The translations under genes and the position numbers were made by a program. This document shows, one piece after another, positions 45,100 to 55,658 of a stretch of 64,000 nt of DNA. Position 1 is the stretch's first letter. Every line of letters begins with the position of its first letter. The notes beneath the pieces are model-generated. The model was not told the origin of the DNA. It saw nothing but the letters and a program-made list of their open reading frames with translations, and ran no database searches. The stretch comes from an uncultured delta proteobacterium (GTDB lineage: Bacteria; Desulfobacterota; Binatia; Binatales; Binataceae), in NCBI GenBank assembly GCA_963711565.1, contig CAVQEQ010000003.1, positions 992,001 to 1,056,000 of the forward strand, given 5' to 3'.

Positions 45100-46792
45100 C
45101 GATAACAGTGTAGATGATTCCGAAGCCGAAATTGACCGCGGCCGGAATCAGCGCGCTCGACGCGGCGAGATCGCGAATCATCAAATCGTTGAAGGCGCGC
45201 ATCGCCCAGGTGGTAGGCAGCGCGAGCGCGACCTGCTGCATCCAGGCCGGTTCGAAATCGATCGGCCACCAACACCCGCCGATCGCCGCCATCGTCATGA
45301 TCACGATTGCGCCTACGGGCAGAACGGCGTCGCGGGTCTTGCCCACTCCGGCGACGATCAAACCGAAGGCCGCGCCCGCAAACGCGATCGCCGCCGCCGG
45401 CATAATCAACGCGGCTGGCGTGCGCCCGAGCGAAATTCCGAACAGGACGTATCCGGCGGCGAACAGCACCGCCATCTGGATGAAGCCGACGACGAAGCGC
45501 GCGAGCAACTTGCCGGTGAGCGTGGTCCACAGCGGCGCCGACGCCGAGCGCAGACGTTCGAGCGTGCCCCAATCGTGCTCGTCGATCAGCGCCAGCGACA
45601 CGCCCATCAGCATCCCGATCAAAAGAAAGGTCACGGCAAAACCCGGCACCTGGAGGTCAAAGGCATTGAATCCGGCGAACTCGCCGATTTTCCTGCCGGC
45701 CAAATCGAGCTCGGTGAGTCCGAGCGTGCCGGGAACCGCAAGGTTCGGATCGATCGCGGGCACTTCAGGAATGTTGAGGAGCGGAATTTTTGGCGCCGGC
45801 GGCAACTCGGGCAGCTTGAGATCGATCGGCGGAATCGTCAGCGCGTTTTCGAGACGGGACCGTGCGTCGCGAAAGTCCGTGACCGGCGCGAGGTTGATCC
45901 CGCCGAGATTCAGATCGGCCGGCAGAGTCGGGATCTCCGGCGGCGGCGGAATCTCGCTGGCGTGGCTGCCGGCGAGCTCCTTCAGTTGGCCAAACCAGCT
46001 CTCGAAGCGGCCGTGCGCGATCTCGAGGCGGCTCAGGTAATCCTTGAGCTCGTCGAGTTTCGCCTGCCGCGCGGCGGTGTCGGCGTCGAGCTTGCGCTGA
46101 ATGCGATCCATCTCGGTGTCGAGCGCCAGCCGGGTTTGATCGCGCGCGGCGGTCAAAGCGGTCTCGATGTGCGCGCGAATCTTCGGCTCCATCGCGGCGC
46201 GCGAGGCGTCGGCTTGCGTGGCCAGGCGAGCGGCTTCGGCGCGGCCTTGCTCGGCGGACGCGCGCGCCTGATCGAGCTGGCGGGTAAAATTGCGCGTCTG
46301 TTCGGCGGTTTGAGTGCGCGCCTGCGCGGCCGCGCCGGCAGTGATTCTTCTGCACAATTCCGAAAGCGCCAGCTCGACCTTTATGGTCTGCAGATACTTG
46401 ACCGGATCGGTGTAGAGAATGAGCTGCGCGCCGACGCCGTGCTCGATCGCATTGGTCGTTCCAGCGGGAATGACGATTCCAACCACCGCCAATTTGCGCT
46501 CTCGGACAGTCTGTTCGGCGTCGCGGCGGCTCGAAGCCTGAAGCACCGCCAGGTCCGGCTGATGCGCGAGCGCGTCTAGGATCGCGCGTGCGATGGCGCC
46601 GTGATCTTCGTCGAAAACGGCCACCGAATATTCGCCGTGCGGCGCGTTTTGACCGCCATAAACTTTCGCCAGCGAGAACCCGGCAGCGGCGATGACGGCG
46701 ATTGGCGCGACCAGCAGCATGAACAAGCCGACGCGGTCGCGCCGGATGAGCCGGAATTCCTTTCCGATCGTCAGCCACACTGCGCGCAGCAT
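45068..46792 (-). CDS. ABC-2 type exporter permease with large coiled-coil/Pro-rich insertion
   Basis: KEFRLIRRDR, VPGFAV, EHDWGTLERLRSA, GGCWWP. Confidence 0.9.
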   Translation of the reverse strand: MLRAVWLTIGKEFRLIRRDRVGLFMLLVAPIAVIAAAGFSLAKVYGGQNAPHGEYSVAVFDEDHGAIARAILDALAHQPDLAVLQASSRRDAEQTVRERKLAVVGIVIPAGTTNAIEHGVGAQLILYTDPVKYLQTIKVELALSELCRRITAGAAAQARTQTAEQTRNFTRQLDQARASAEQGRAEAARLATQADASRAAMEPKIRAHIETALTAARDQTRLALDTEMDRIQRKLDADTAARQAKLDELKDYLSRLEIAHGRFESWFGQLKELAGSHASEIPPPPEIPTLPADLNLGGINLAPVTDFRDARSRLENALTIPPIDLKLPELPPAPKIPLLNIPEVPAIDPNLAVPGTLGLTELDLAGRKIGEFAGFNAFDLQVPGFAVTFLLIGMLMGVSLALIDEHDWGTLERLRSASAPLWTTLTGKLLARFVVGFIQMAVLFAAGYVLFGISLGRTPAALIMPAAAIAFAGAAFGLIVAGVGKTRDAVLPVGAIVIMTMAAIGGCWWPIDFEPAWMQQVALALPTTWAMRAFNDLMIRDLAASSALIPAAVNFGFGIIYTVIGVAIARRRFG

Positions 46793-46811
46793 TATCGCCT
46801 CGAGTGAAACA

Positions 46812-47768
46812 TCAGGTTGGCGGCGCGTCGCGCAGCGCGTGTCCGGTTAGTTTCAGGAACGCGTCCTGAAGATTCGGGCGATGAACATGGAATTCGATCA
46901 CCTCGTCGCCAACCTCAGCGGCGCGGCGAATTACGTCGGGCACCTGCTCGAGGGAGTGCAAGGTGAGCGCCGCCGCGAAGCCGTCGGCTACCTCCCACGG
47001 CATTTCGCCGACGCCCGCTATGCCGTTGGACCATCCGGGTGGCAGCGCTTTTTTGGTCATGATTTCGATCCGCGGCTCGGTACCCGCCAGTGCGATCAGT
47101 TCGCGGTCGGTGCCTTGCGCAACTATTTTCCCGTGATCGATCAGCACGATCCGGTTGCATAGCCGTTCCGCTTCTTCCATGTAATGGGTGCTGTAAAGGA
47201 TCGCGCCGCCGGCTTGCGCGGCCGCCTCAACCACGGCGAAAATTCGTCCGCGCGATTGCGGATCGACGCCAACGGTCGGCTCGTCGAGCATGATCGCGGC
47301 CGGAAAATGCATCATGCCGCACGCGATGTTCAGCCGGCGCATCATGCCGCCGGAAAATTCGCCAACCGTGTCGTCAGCGCGATCGTCGAGGCCGACCTCC
47401 GCGAGCAACGCGCGCGCGTGGCCAATTGCATCGCTCGAGGACATGCCCTGGATTCGTCCCCAGAACATCAGGTTCTCGAGCGCGGTGAGCGTGGGATACA
47501 ACGCCAGCGACTGCGGCACCAGACCGAGGCTTCTGCGCGCCACGCGCGGTTCGGTAGCGAGGTCGTGGGTGGCAATCGACGCGCGCCCGGAGTCGGGCGC
47601 AATCACACCTGAAAGAATCGAGAGCGTGGTCGTTTTGCCGGCGCCGTTGGGACCGAGCAGTCCGACGATCTCGCCGGCGTTGACGGCAAACGACACGCCG
47701 TCGAGCGCAACGCGATCGCCGTAGCGCTTGCGGAGATCTTCCGCGCGGATCATTGGCCCCGAGTTCAT
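46812..47768 (-). CDS. ABC exporter ATP-binding protein
   Basis: GPNGAGKTT, FSGGM, LDEPTVGVDPQSR, THYMEE. Confidence 0.96.
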   Translation of the reverse strand: MNSGPMIRAEDLRKRYGDRVALDGVSFAVNAGEIVGLLGPNGAGKTTTLSILSGVIAPDSGRASIATHDLATEPRVARRSLGLVPQSLALYPTLTALENLMFWGRIQGMSSSDAIGHARALLAEVGLDDRADDTVGEFSGGMMRRLNIACGMMHFPAAIMLDEPTVGVDPQSRGRIFAVVEAAAQAGGAILYSTHYMEEAERLCNRIVLIDHGKIVAQGTDRELIALAGTEPRIEIMTKKALPPGWSNGIAGVGEMPWEVADGFAAALTLHSLEQVPDVIRRAAEVGDEVIEFHVHRPNLQDAFLKLTGHALRDAPPT

Positions 47769-47808
47769 CGCGATTGAACCATCGGCGCGCGTGATTTCAG
47801 GTCGGCAT

Positions 47809-48201
47809 TCAGCGGTAACTCACCATCTCGAGCAGGTTGCCATCGGGATCGAGAAAGTAGATGCAATCGTGATCGCCCCAGTCGATTGGCGCGGCGCTCT
47901 CGACGCCGGCCGCCGCGAGGCGCTCGCGCGCGCCGGCAAAATCACTCGCCTTCACCTTGAACGCATGATGACCGCGGCCGAGCGGATGTGCGATGAGCGA
48001 TTGCCGCGAGGCGTCGTCGAGCGGCGGCCTGGGCACCTCGAACAGCGCAAGGTTCTGGCCGCCACATTCGAGCAGTACCTGATCGCCGAAACGGTTGACG
48101 ACCTGGAGGCCGAGCACCTCGGTATAGAAACGTTCCGCGCGTGCGAGGTTCGCCACCTCGATACCGAAATGATCCAGCCGCTCGAGTTTCATCGGGGGCA
48201 C
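47809..48201 (-). CDS. VOC/glyoxalase family protein
   Basis: LDHFGIEV, HHAF, YFLDPDGNLLE. Confidence 0.92.
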   Translation of the reverse strand: MPPMKLERLDHFGIEVANLARAERFYTEVLGLQVVNRFGDQVLLECGGQNLALFEVPRPPLDDASRQSLIAHPLGRGHHAFKVKASDFAGARERLAAAGVESAAPIDWGDHDCIYFLDPDGNLLEMVSYR

Positions 48202-48230
48202 CGGATCAGATTATCCACGAGAACAAATGA

Positions 48231-50621
48231 TTAGAAAGATGCCGCCGCCGTGCCGCTCTCGAGGTCGGGCCGCTTCGATGCGATTACGCGTTCCTTCTCG
48301 CGGTGGATGAAGGCGGGGTCGAAAGTAACGATCAGGACGGGCAGAATGGTCATCGCGCCAAGCATCGAAACGAACATCCAGACCGCCAGCAGCATGCCCA
48401 TCTCGGCGTCGAAGCGGATGCTCGACCAGTACCAGAACAGGACCGACGCGACCAGCGTCAGCGCGGTGAAGGCGACGGCCTTGCCCGAAGTGATCAGGGC
48501 GGCATAGGTACTTTCCTTGATATCGTGGCCCGCCGCGAGCTCTTCAATGATGCGACTTACTATGTAAATAGAATAGTCAATCCCGAATCCGACGCCGACA
48601 GTGACTACTGGCAGAGTATTGATGTTGATACCTATATCATGGGCGCCCATATAGGCATTGATCGCGGCGTTGGCCAGCGCCAGTGGGAATAGCAAATAGA
48701 ATCCCGCCATGAATGAGCGATAGGTAATTAGTATTATTATATAGATAGTCGCGAACGCGAGCACGTTGAGCAGAAGATCGTTGTCGATGATCTCCTGGTT
48801 GGCGGCCGCCAGCTCACCGATGATCCCGGCGGCAAGCGAAAACGTGACGCCCGGCACATGGTGATCGGGTTCGGCGAAGAATCGCTGCGTGCGCAACACC
48901 ACCCGCTGGACGTTTTCACCCTCGCGATCCTTCGTGTACACCGTAATCTGGGTGGCGTCGCGGCGCGGCGTAATGATGTAGGCGGTGGACAGCGGAGACG
49001 CTCCCGCCAGCAAGCCGCCGAGCAGTTGTCCCGTCCCGCGCGCGGTCGTCGGCAGCACGTTCCACTTGGGCTGGAACTCCCTGAGCGCGGAGCCGCCGTT
49101 CGACAGCAGATCGGCGACCGAGAACGTGCGCCCCACCGCCGGATCGCGCTCCATGTAGCGCTCGTACTCGTCCATCACGTGGTAGAGCTTCGGATTGTTG
49201 AGCGAGTCGCGCTTGGAGAGCTCGGCGACGACGACAAACTGCTCGATCGCGCCGAACTCCTCCTGGATCGCCGCCATCGATTTGTTGTAGGCCGATTTGG
49301 GCCACAGGATCGGCGACGAAGACGACGGGTCTCCGACCTTGAGACCGGTCCAGAAAAACGCGCACATCGCGATCACCGCGGCCGTGGCGGCAAAGGTCGC
49401 GATGCGTCCCGATCTTTCCAGCATCGGCCTGGCGATCGACACCAGCATTCGTTTGAAGAAGCCGCGCTCGCGGCGCTCGATCACGTCGATGTGCGGCGGA
49501 TCGAGGTAGTAGTACACGATCGGATTGAGTATCAACTCGCTCACGATGATCGCGGCAATCCAGAAGCTCGCGGTGATCGCGAGTTTCTGCAGGAACACCA
49601 CCGGCACCAGCAGGATGACGAGCACGCCGAACGCGTCGGTCAGGATTCCCGACAGCGACGGCACGAACAACTCCGAGAATGACGACAGGATGGCTTTCTC
49701 CTTATCGCGCAGGCGGTAGAACTCCTCGTAGTACCGATCGTGCATCTGCACCGAGTGGCTGACCGCGCGCGCGGTTATCAGGAACGGGATGACGAGCACC
49801 AGCGGGTCGAGTCCGAAGCCGAGCAGCCGGATGAAGCCGAGGCCCCAGATGGCGCAAATGACGCCGGAAATCGTCGGCCGCAGCGCGCCGCGCCAATCGC
49901 GGAAATAAACGTAGAGCAGGATCCAGACCGCGAGCACCGTCGCGACGAAGATCCACAGAAATTCAGGCGTGTAGTGATACACCCAGCCGTACAGGATCGG
50001 CTGTCCGCCATAGTAGATGTGCACTGTCGCGTCGCGCTCCGGCATCACGACGATTTTCCGAATCTCGTCGAAGATGCGCGTGTAGTCGAGCCGCGATTCG
50101 AGAAAGCTGCCCTCGATCACGGCCGCGCGGTCGTCGAGCGAAACGAAGCGGCCGAAGATCACGCCGGGATTTTTGTGGACGTTGCTCTCGAGTTCATCGA
50201 GGTCGGCCTGGGTCCTGGGAATTTCGCCGTTCGGCATTACCGGCGTATTGACGATCACGCCGCCGGCCAGCGGACGGAAGTAGCTCGAGGTCACGATCGA
50301 GCGCACGGAGCCGTGCTGGATCCCGTAAACGAGATCCATGTTGTTCGTCATGTTGACGATCTTCTTGATGATCGCGGGCGTGTAGATCGTCCCTTCTTTC
50401 GCCTCGATCATGATCGTGACGTTGTTGACGCTGCCGAAGTACTGGTCGTACTTGTGCGCGATCTGGATGAACGGATGGTTCTGCGGCAGCAAATCGCCGA
50501 AGCTCGTGACCAACTGGGTCTGTGCCGCGAAGTAGCCGAAGAACGCCGTGAGCGCGCCGACGATCGCCAGCACCAGGAAGCGCCAGCGCAGAATCCATTC
50601 ACCAAAACGGTACCAGGTCAT
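48231..50621 (-). CDS. MMPL/RND family transporter
   Basis: Two-repeat multi-TM layout, ARAVSHSVQ, GVGFGIDYSIY. Confidence 0.92.
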   Translation of the reverse strand: MTWYRFGEWILRWRFLVLAIVGALTAFFGYFAAQTQLVTSFGDLLPQNHPFIQIAHKYDQYFGSVNNVTIMIEAKEGTIYTPAIIKKIVNMTNNMDLVYGIQHGSVRSIVTSSYFRPLAGGVIVNTPVMPNGEIPRTQADLDELESNVHKNPGVIFGRFVSLDDRAAVIEGSFLESRLDYTRIFDEIRKIVVMPERDATVHIYYGGQPILYGWVYHYTPEFLWIFVATVLAVWILLYVYFRDWRGALRPTISGVICAIWGLGFIRLLGFGLDPLVLVIPFLITARAVSHSVQMHDRYYEEFYRLRDKEKAILSSFSELFVPSLSGILTDAFGVLVILLVPVVFLQKLAITASFWIAAIIVSELILNPIVYYYLDPPHIDVIERRERGFFKRMLVSIARPMLERSGRIATFAATAAVIAMCAFFWTGLKVGDPSSSSPILWPKSAYNKSMAAIQEEFGAIEQFVVVAELSKRDSLNNPKLYHVMDEYERYMERDPAVGRTFSVADLLSNGGSALREFQPKWNVLPTTARGTGQLLGGLLAGASPLSTAYIITPRRDATQITVYTKDREGENVQRVVLRTQRFFAEPDHHVPGVTFSLAAGIIGELAAANQEIIDNDLLLNVLAFATIYIIILITYRSFMAGFYLLFPLALANAAINAYMGAHDIGININTLPVVTVGVGFGIDYSIYIVSRIIEELAAGHDIKESTYAALITSGKAVAFTALTLVASVLFWYWSSIRFDAEMGMLLAVWMFVSMLGAMTILPVLIVTFDPAFIHREKERVIASKRPDLESGTAAASF

Positions 50622-50658
50622 TGCGTTCTCCGAACTCTCCCTGCGCGCGCCTTCACGC

Positions 50659-51795
50659 TTAACCCTGACAGTAGCGCCAGGTCTTGCCGCCGTCCCCGGT
50701 ATACAGGATTGTGCCGTAGCCGACGATCCAGCCGTGGGTTGCGTCGAAGAAGCGCACCTGGCTGAGCGGGAACGGCACCGCCGGCACGGACGGATCGTGC
50801 GCCCACGCGCCGTTGGGCTGCAGCCGCAGCACGGTACCGGTCAAGCCGGTGGACATCCCCTGGTCGCCGCCAAACAGATCGATCGAGAACAGCGGATCGC
50901 GCGCCGGAATTTGCACCGCTCCCGGCACCAGCGTGTCCAGCGGCGCGCCCGGCTTGTCCGCCTGATGGGCAAAGTTCCAGGTCTTGCCGCCGTCGTCGGT
51001 TTGAATCACCCAGCCCTCGAGTCCGCACGCCGCGCCATGTTTTTGATCGCGGAACGAGACGCTGAAAAAAGTCGGCAGCAGAAAATCGGCGAAGCGCGTA
51101 TCGTCATTCGGCCCGAGCGGACGCTTCCATTGCGGCAGCAACGATTGCTGCTGCTCCTGCCAGCTCTTGCCGCCATTTTCGGTCGCCCAGATTCGCCCCA
51201 GCTCGCCGACCACCCAGCCATGATCAACGTCAACGAAACTCGCGCTGTAAAGTACCGGCTCCTCGTACGGCAGCGCGTAGTCGGAAATCTCCGGCGGAAA
51301 GAGCCGCTGCAACTGGCGCTTGATAAAACTCTCGCCGCCGTCGGTCGTGCTCATCACCAACGCGCGGTCGCCGACCAGGTAGCCGTGATTCGTATCGGGA
51401 AACGACAGCCCGAAAATAAACAGATGAGTGCGCGAATCGAGCCGCTTCCAGGTCTTGCCGCCGTCGCGCGTGCGCATCACGAGGCCGTCCTGCCCGCACA
51501 GGTAGCCGTTCTGATCGTCGGTCATCTGGATACCGAACACGCCGAGCTGGGTGCCGATGTCGATGCGCTTGAAGGTCCGGCCGCCGTCCTCGGTCAGCAG
51601 CACCTTGCCGCGATCGCCGACGATAAAGGCGCGCGTCGGGCTCGTCGGCCAGACGTCGAAGAACTTGTCGCTGAGCGTGATATTGCGCAGCGGCAGCGGC
51701 GGCATCGCAACCTCGCGATGACATCCGGCGGTAGCGAGCGCGATCAATACAAAGAGCGTCTTGATTATGCTGTATGCGCGGAGTTTTCGCTCCAT
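50659..51795 (-). CDS. YCF48/BNR-repeat lipoprotein, partner of the RND transporter
   Basis: Repeated TxDGGxTW Asp-boxes, lipobox TAGC. Confidence 0.9.
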   Translation of the reverse strand: MERKLRAYSIIKTLFVLIALATAGCHREVAMPPLPLRNITLSDKFFDVWPTSPTRAFIVGDRGKVLLTEDGGRTFKRIDIGTQLGVFGIQMTDDQNGYLCGQDGLVMRTRDGGKTWKRLDSRTHLFIFGLSFPDTNHGYLVGDRALVMSTTDGGESFIKRQLQRLFPPEISDYALPYEEPVLYSASFVDVDHGWVVGELGRIWATENGGKSWQEQQQSLLPQWKRPLGPNDDTRFADFLLPTFFSVSFRDQKHGAACGLEGWVIQTDDGGKTWNFAHQADKPGAPLDTLVPGAVQIPARDPLFSIDLFGGDQGMSTGLTGTVLRLQPNGAWAHDPSVPAVPFPLSQVRFFDATHGWIVGYGTILYTGDGGKTWRYCQG

Positions 51796-51894
51796 TCGGC
51801 CGATCCCATCGAAAAATTTGCTCTATACTCAAGCAAACCCGCGAGCTTAGCAAGCCGTATATTGCGGGCGAAAAATCGACGACAAAACCGCGAG

Positions 51895-53091
51895 CTACAA
51901 ATCCGCCAGCAACAATCCCGTCAGGTACTCGCCCTCGGCGTGGCCGAGCAGCACGGGATGGTCGGGGCCGGGGCCGAGATGCGCGAGCAGGCGAAGCGTG
52001 CGGCCGGCGTTGGACGCGGCAAAGCGCACGGCGCGGACAACATCGTCGCCGCGGAAATGCGTCGAACATGAAAACGTCATCAGACGCCCGCCCGGCGCCA
52101 ACGCCCGCATCGCGACGGAGTTGAGCTCGACGTAAAGACGCCCCGCGCGCTCGGCGTCGCCACGGCTGCGCGCCAGCGGCGGCGGATCGAGGACGATCAG
52201 ATCGAAGCGGTTCGGCGTCTCGGCCATGAAATTGCCGGCCTCGCCATGAACGAACTCGACGGCGCTGGCGGGATACTCATTGAGATCGAGATTCCGGCGC
52301 GCGATTTCGAGCGCTCGCGCCGACGTATCGACGGCGACGACCTTGCTCGCTCCCCCCGTAAGCGCGGCGAGCGAGAAGCCACCCTGGTAGCAGAAGGCGT
52401 CGAGCACGCGCGCACCGCGCGCGATCGCGCCGGCAATCGTGCGATTTTCGCGTTGGTCGAGGAAATAGCCAGTCTTCTGTCCATGCTCGAAATCAATTTT
52501 GATTTTGATTCCATTCTCGGCCGCAATCGTCCCGGTCACAGCTTCGCCCGCGAGAACCGCAACGTGATCCTCGAGGCCTTCCTGCTTTCTCACGGCGCCA
52601 TGGCTGCGTTCGAGGATCGAGCGCGGATGCAGCAACTCATTGAGCGCCGCGACAATCGTCGCGCGCATCCGATCCGCGCCCGCAGTCAGGATTTGCACGA
52701 CGAGCACGTCGCCGAATCGATCGACGACCACACCCGACAGCCCGTCGCCGTCGCCATTGACGAGGCGGTACGAATTCGTGTCGTCGCGGATGAACCGCCG
52801 GCGCAATTCAAGCGCGCTTTTGATCCGTCGCGAAACCAGATCTTCGATTGCGGGAGCCTCGCCCCACGCAAGCATCCGGATTGCGATCGTCGTCGCGGGA
52901 TTGCAATAGCCCATCCCGATGAGCGCGCCCGAAGCGTCGTGCACAGTGACGAGCGAACCCGCTTCCGGCGACGACGGCTCAACCCGATCGATCGCTTGCG
53001 AAAAAATCCACGGATTGCCGCCGCGGACCGGCCCTTCCCTGCCGCGCTTGAGGATTGCGCGCGCGAGTGGCGCGGTCACCGCGTCGGCCAA
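51895..53091 (-). CDS. rlmI: RlmI-like SAM-dependent rRNA methyltransferase
   Basis: PUA region [41 protein letters not shown]. Confidence 0.88.
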   Translation of the reverse strand: MADAVTAPLARAILKRGREGPVRGGNPWIFSQAIDRVEPSSPEAGSLVTVHDASGALIGMGYCNPATTIAIRMLAWGEAPAIEDLVSRRIKSALELRRRFIRDDTNSYRLVNGDGDGLSGVVVDRFGDVLVVQILTAGADRMRATIVAALNELLHPRSILERSHGAVRKQEGLEDHVAVLAGEAVTGTIAAENGIKIKIDFEHGQKTGYFLDQRENRTIAGAIARGARVLDAFCYQGGFSLAALTGGASKVVAVDTSARALEIARRNLDLNEYPASAVEFVHGEAGNFMAETPNRFDLIVLDPPPLARSRGDAERAGRLYVELNSVAMRALAPGGRLMTFSCSTHFRGDDVVRAVRFAASNAGRTLRLLAHLGPGPDHPVLLGHAEGEYLTGLLLADL

Positions 53092-53609
53092 AGCGGCTCG
53101 CCGACACGCATGTATCGACCGCTGCGGCCGCCGTACTTTGAGACCAGGCGAATCGCGCCGATTTCCATCGCGCGATCGATCGCCTTCGCCATGTCGTAAA
53201 TCGTCAGCGCCGCCGCACTCACCGCGACCAGCGCTTCCATCTCGACGCCGGTGCGCGCATCGGTCACAGCGCGCGCCTGGATTTGCAGCGTGGAGTTGGC
53301 GGCATCGTGATTGAAATCGACCTCGACGACTTCGAGCGCAATCTGATGGCAGAGCGGGATCATCTCATGGGTGCGCTTCGCCGCCATGATTCCCGCGATA
53401 CGCGCCGCCGCCAACGCCTCGCCCTTCTTGAGCTCGCCGCCGAGTATCGCCTGCAACGTCGCCGGCGCCATCCGGACCTCGCCGCGCGCGATCGCCTCGC
53501 GCCGCGTGACCGGCTTATCGCCGACATCGACCATCTGGATTTGCCCACGCTCATCAAGATGCGTCAGGCGCGCGCGCGGCGTTCGCGATTTAGTTTTGCC
53601 CGCCATCAA
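53076..53609 (-). CDS. moaC: Cyclic pyranopterin monophosphate synthase
   Basis: LTHLDE.G...[33 protein letters not shown]. Confidence 0.96.
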   Translation of the reverse strand: MMAGKTKSRTPRARLTHLDERGQIQMVDVGDKPVTRREAIARGEVRMAPATLQAILGGELKKGEALAAARIAGIMAAKRTHEMIPLCHQIALEVVEVDFNHDAANSTLQIQARAVTDARTGVEMEALVAVSAAALTIYDMAKAIDRAMEIGAIRLVSKYGGRSGRYMRVGEPLWPTR

Positions 53610-53800
53610 AGGAAATTCGCTCGCAAGCTCCCGTCAGTCGAACTAACGTAGCGCGACGAAGGAGCGCGGCACTAGAGCACGACCCAGAAATCACTGGGTG
53701 CAGGGGGTCACCCCTGCTATGTTGACCGCTCGCGCATATACAATAAACTCTTGATTCCCGGTTCCGCGAAACATCTCAAACCAATTCGCAGACGGTTCAT

Positions 53801-54739
53801 ATGGCTGATGATATCAACAAGGTCGTAATTCTCGGCTCCGGTCCCGCCGGCCTGACCGCGGCGCTTTACACGGCGCGTGCCAATCTCAGTCCGCTGCTGA
53901 TCGAGGGGCACGAACCCGGCGGCCAGCTCACCATCACCACCGAGGTCGAGAACTATCCCGGCTTCGAGCACGGCATCCAGGGCCCCGAGATGATGGACGT
54001 GTTCCGGCGCCAGGTGACGCGCTTCGGCACGCGCTTCGTCAGCGGCGCGGTGACCGAGGTGCGCTTCGCGATGCGACCGTTCGAGCTCGTCGTCGAAGAC
54101 AAGGTGATCAAGGCCGAGTCGGTGATCATCGCGACCGGCGCGACCGCCAAGCTGCTCGGGATAGAGTCTGAAAAGCGCCTGATGGGCTACGGCGTGAGCG
54201 CATGCGCCACCTGCGACGGCGCATTCTTCAAGAACAAGGAAGCGATCGTAGTCGGCGGCGGCGACACCGCGATGGAGGAAGCGAACTTCCTCACGCGTTT
54301 CTGCACCAAGGTCACGATCGTGCATCGCCGCGACACGCTGCGCGCGTCGAAGATCATGCAGGATCGCGCGCGCAAGAATCCGAAGATTGCGTTCATCTGG
54401 GATTCCGCCGTCGAAGAAATCATCGGCGAGCAGAAGAACGGCGTGAGCGCCGTCAAACTGAAAAATCTGAAGACGGGCAAGGTCACCGAGATGAAGACCG
54501 ACGCGGTGTTCGTCGCGATCGGTCACAATCCCAACAGCGCGCTGTTCAAGGGTCAGCTCGAGATGGACGAGATCGGCTACCTGAAAGTGAACCCGGGCTC
54601 GACCTACACCAACATCGACGGCGTCTTCGCCTGCGGCAACGTCGTCGACAGCGTCTATCGGCAAGCGGTCACCGCCGCCGGCACCGGCTGCATGGCAGCA
54701 ATCGACGCCGAACGCTGGCTGGAAGCAAAGGGCGAGTAG
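53801..54739 (+). CDS. trxB: Thioredoxin-disulfide reductase
   Basis: GSGPAG, GGQL, SACATCDG, GGGDTAMEEA, HRRD. Confidence 0.97.
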   Translation: MADDINKVVILGSGPAGLTAALYTARANLSPLLIEGHEPGGQLTITTEVENYPGFEHGIQGPEMMDVFRRQVTRFGTRFVSGAVTEVRFAMRPFELVVEDKVIKAESVIIATGATAKLLGIESEKRLMGYGVSACATCDGAFFKNKEAIVVGGGDTAMEEANFLTRFCTKVTIVHRRDTLRASKIMQDRARKNPKIAFIWDSAVEEIIGEQKNGVSAVKLKNLKTGKVTEMKTDAVFVAIGHNPNSALFKGQLEMDEIGYLKVNPGSTYTNIDGVFACGNVVDSVYRQAVTAAGTGCMAAIDAERWLEAKGE

Positions 54740-54759
54740 CGAGGATCTTCTTCTCTATT

Positions 54760-55520
54760 CTTAGTTCCCTCCTCCCACGTTGGAGGAGGGTTAGGGTGGA
54801 GGACAACCGCGCCGCGCAAATCTCCGTCCCCGCCCACCGTCCCGCCGCCGAGCCCGCGCCCTCTTCCCTTCCCAGAATGGGAGAGAATCGAAGAGCCCAC
54901 CCCGAGCCTACCGAAGGATGAAGGCCCGCTCAGAGTGAGGCCATCGCGCGCGACGCAAGATTCTGGTCCGCGTTTGTTGTTGTTGTGTCATTCAGAGCGA
55001 AGCGAGGAATCCCGCTTCCGATCTTTCCGTCGCCCTGTCAGTCAGGGAGAGTTGCTCACGCGTTGGACCCTAGTCTCACACCCTGAGCTCAAGGACCGTT
55101 CAAAGCTCCGCTCGGACAGATATTCCTTCCGCCTGACCCTGCGCAAAGACCGTCCGCAGATTTTATCAGGCGCGCGAACAAATTCCGCCAGATCTCGCCG
55201 TGAACGCGCGCGCGTTCTCATCGGGGCACGCGAAGAAAATCAAGTCACGGGGCGGCCGGACGCTTGCGAGAACTTTTGATACGAACAAGCAAGCAAATGA
55301 CTAAGACCAAAAATCTTAAGTCGCGCGAAAGAGCGCGCTGTATAAGGACCCTCACCTTCGATCCTCTCCCATTCTGGGAGAGGGGAAGATGCCTGGCGCA
55401 GTTATGCAAAAGTCCCCGGCCGGGCGAGGGGAGAAAAAGATTCGGGATTCTTCCACTTCGGCTGCACTCGGAGGTTCGGCTGGTGGAAGTGGGGTTATCC
55501 CAACATGCTCTGGAATGACA
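54760..55520. repeat. Intergenic REP/MITE cluster
   Basis: CCCTCCTCCC..GGAGGAGGG, GTCATTCAGAGCGAAGCGAGGAATC; ~55319-55412 similar to ~32960-33052. Confidence 0.65.
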
Positions 55521-55658
55521 GGGGGCGAGGGCGGGCTCGGTGGGACATCTCCACGGAAAATCACAGGCTGAAGCTTATGCCCACCATGGAAAATCGGAGG
55601 GTGAAGCTTGGGCCACCGGGGTCGCCAAGTTGTTAGTGCTGTGATAACAAAGCGGGCT

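Noticed and set aside
44783-46579. 598-aa plus-strand ORF and similar long antisense ORFs (50548-52071, 19339-20508, 53717-54664)
   Set aside because: Shadows of well-supported opposite-strand genes in high-GC DNA, with no motifs.
48231-51795. MMPL plus YCF48-like pair as a new system
   Set aside because: Well-known recurrent lipid/aromatic transport module.
54625-54650. TrxB ACGNV instead of the usual GD motif as a novel variant
   Set aside because: A single G>A change that could be a base error or tolerated variant; all other motifs are canonical.
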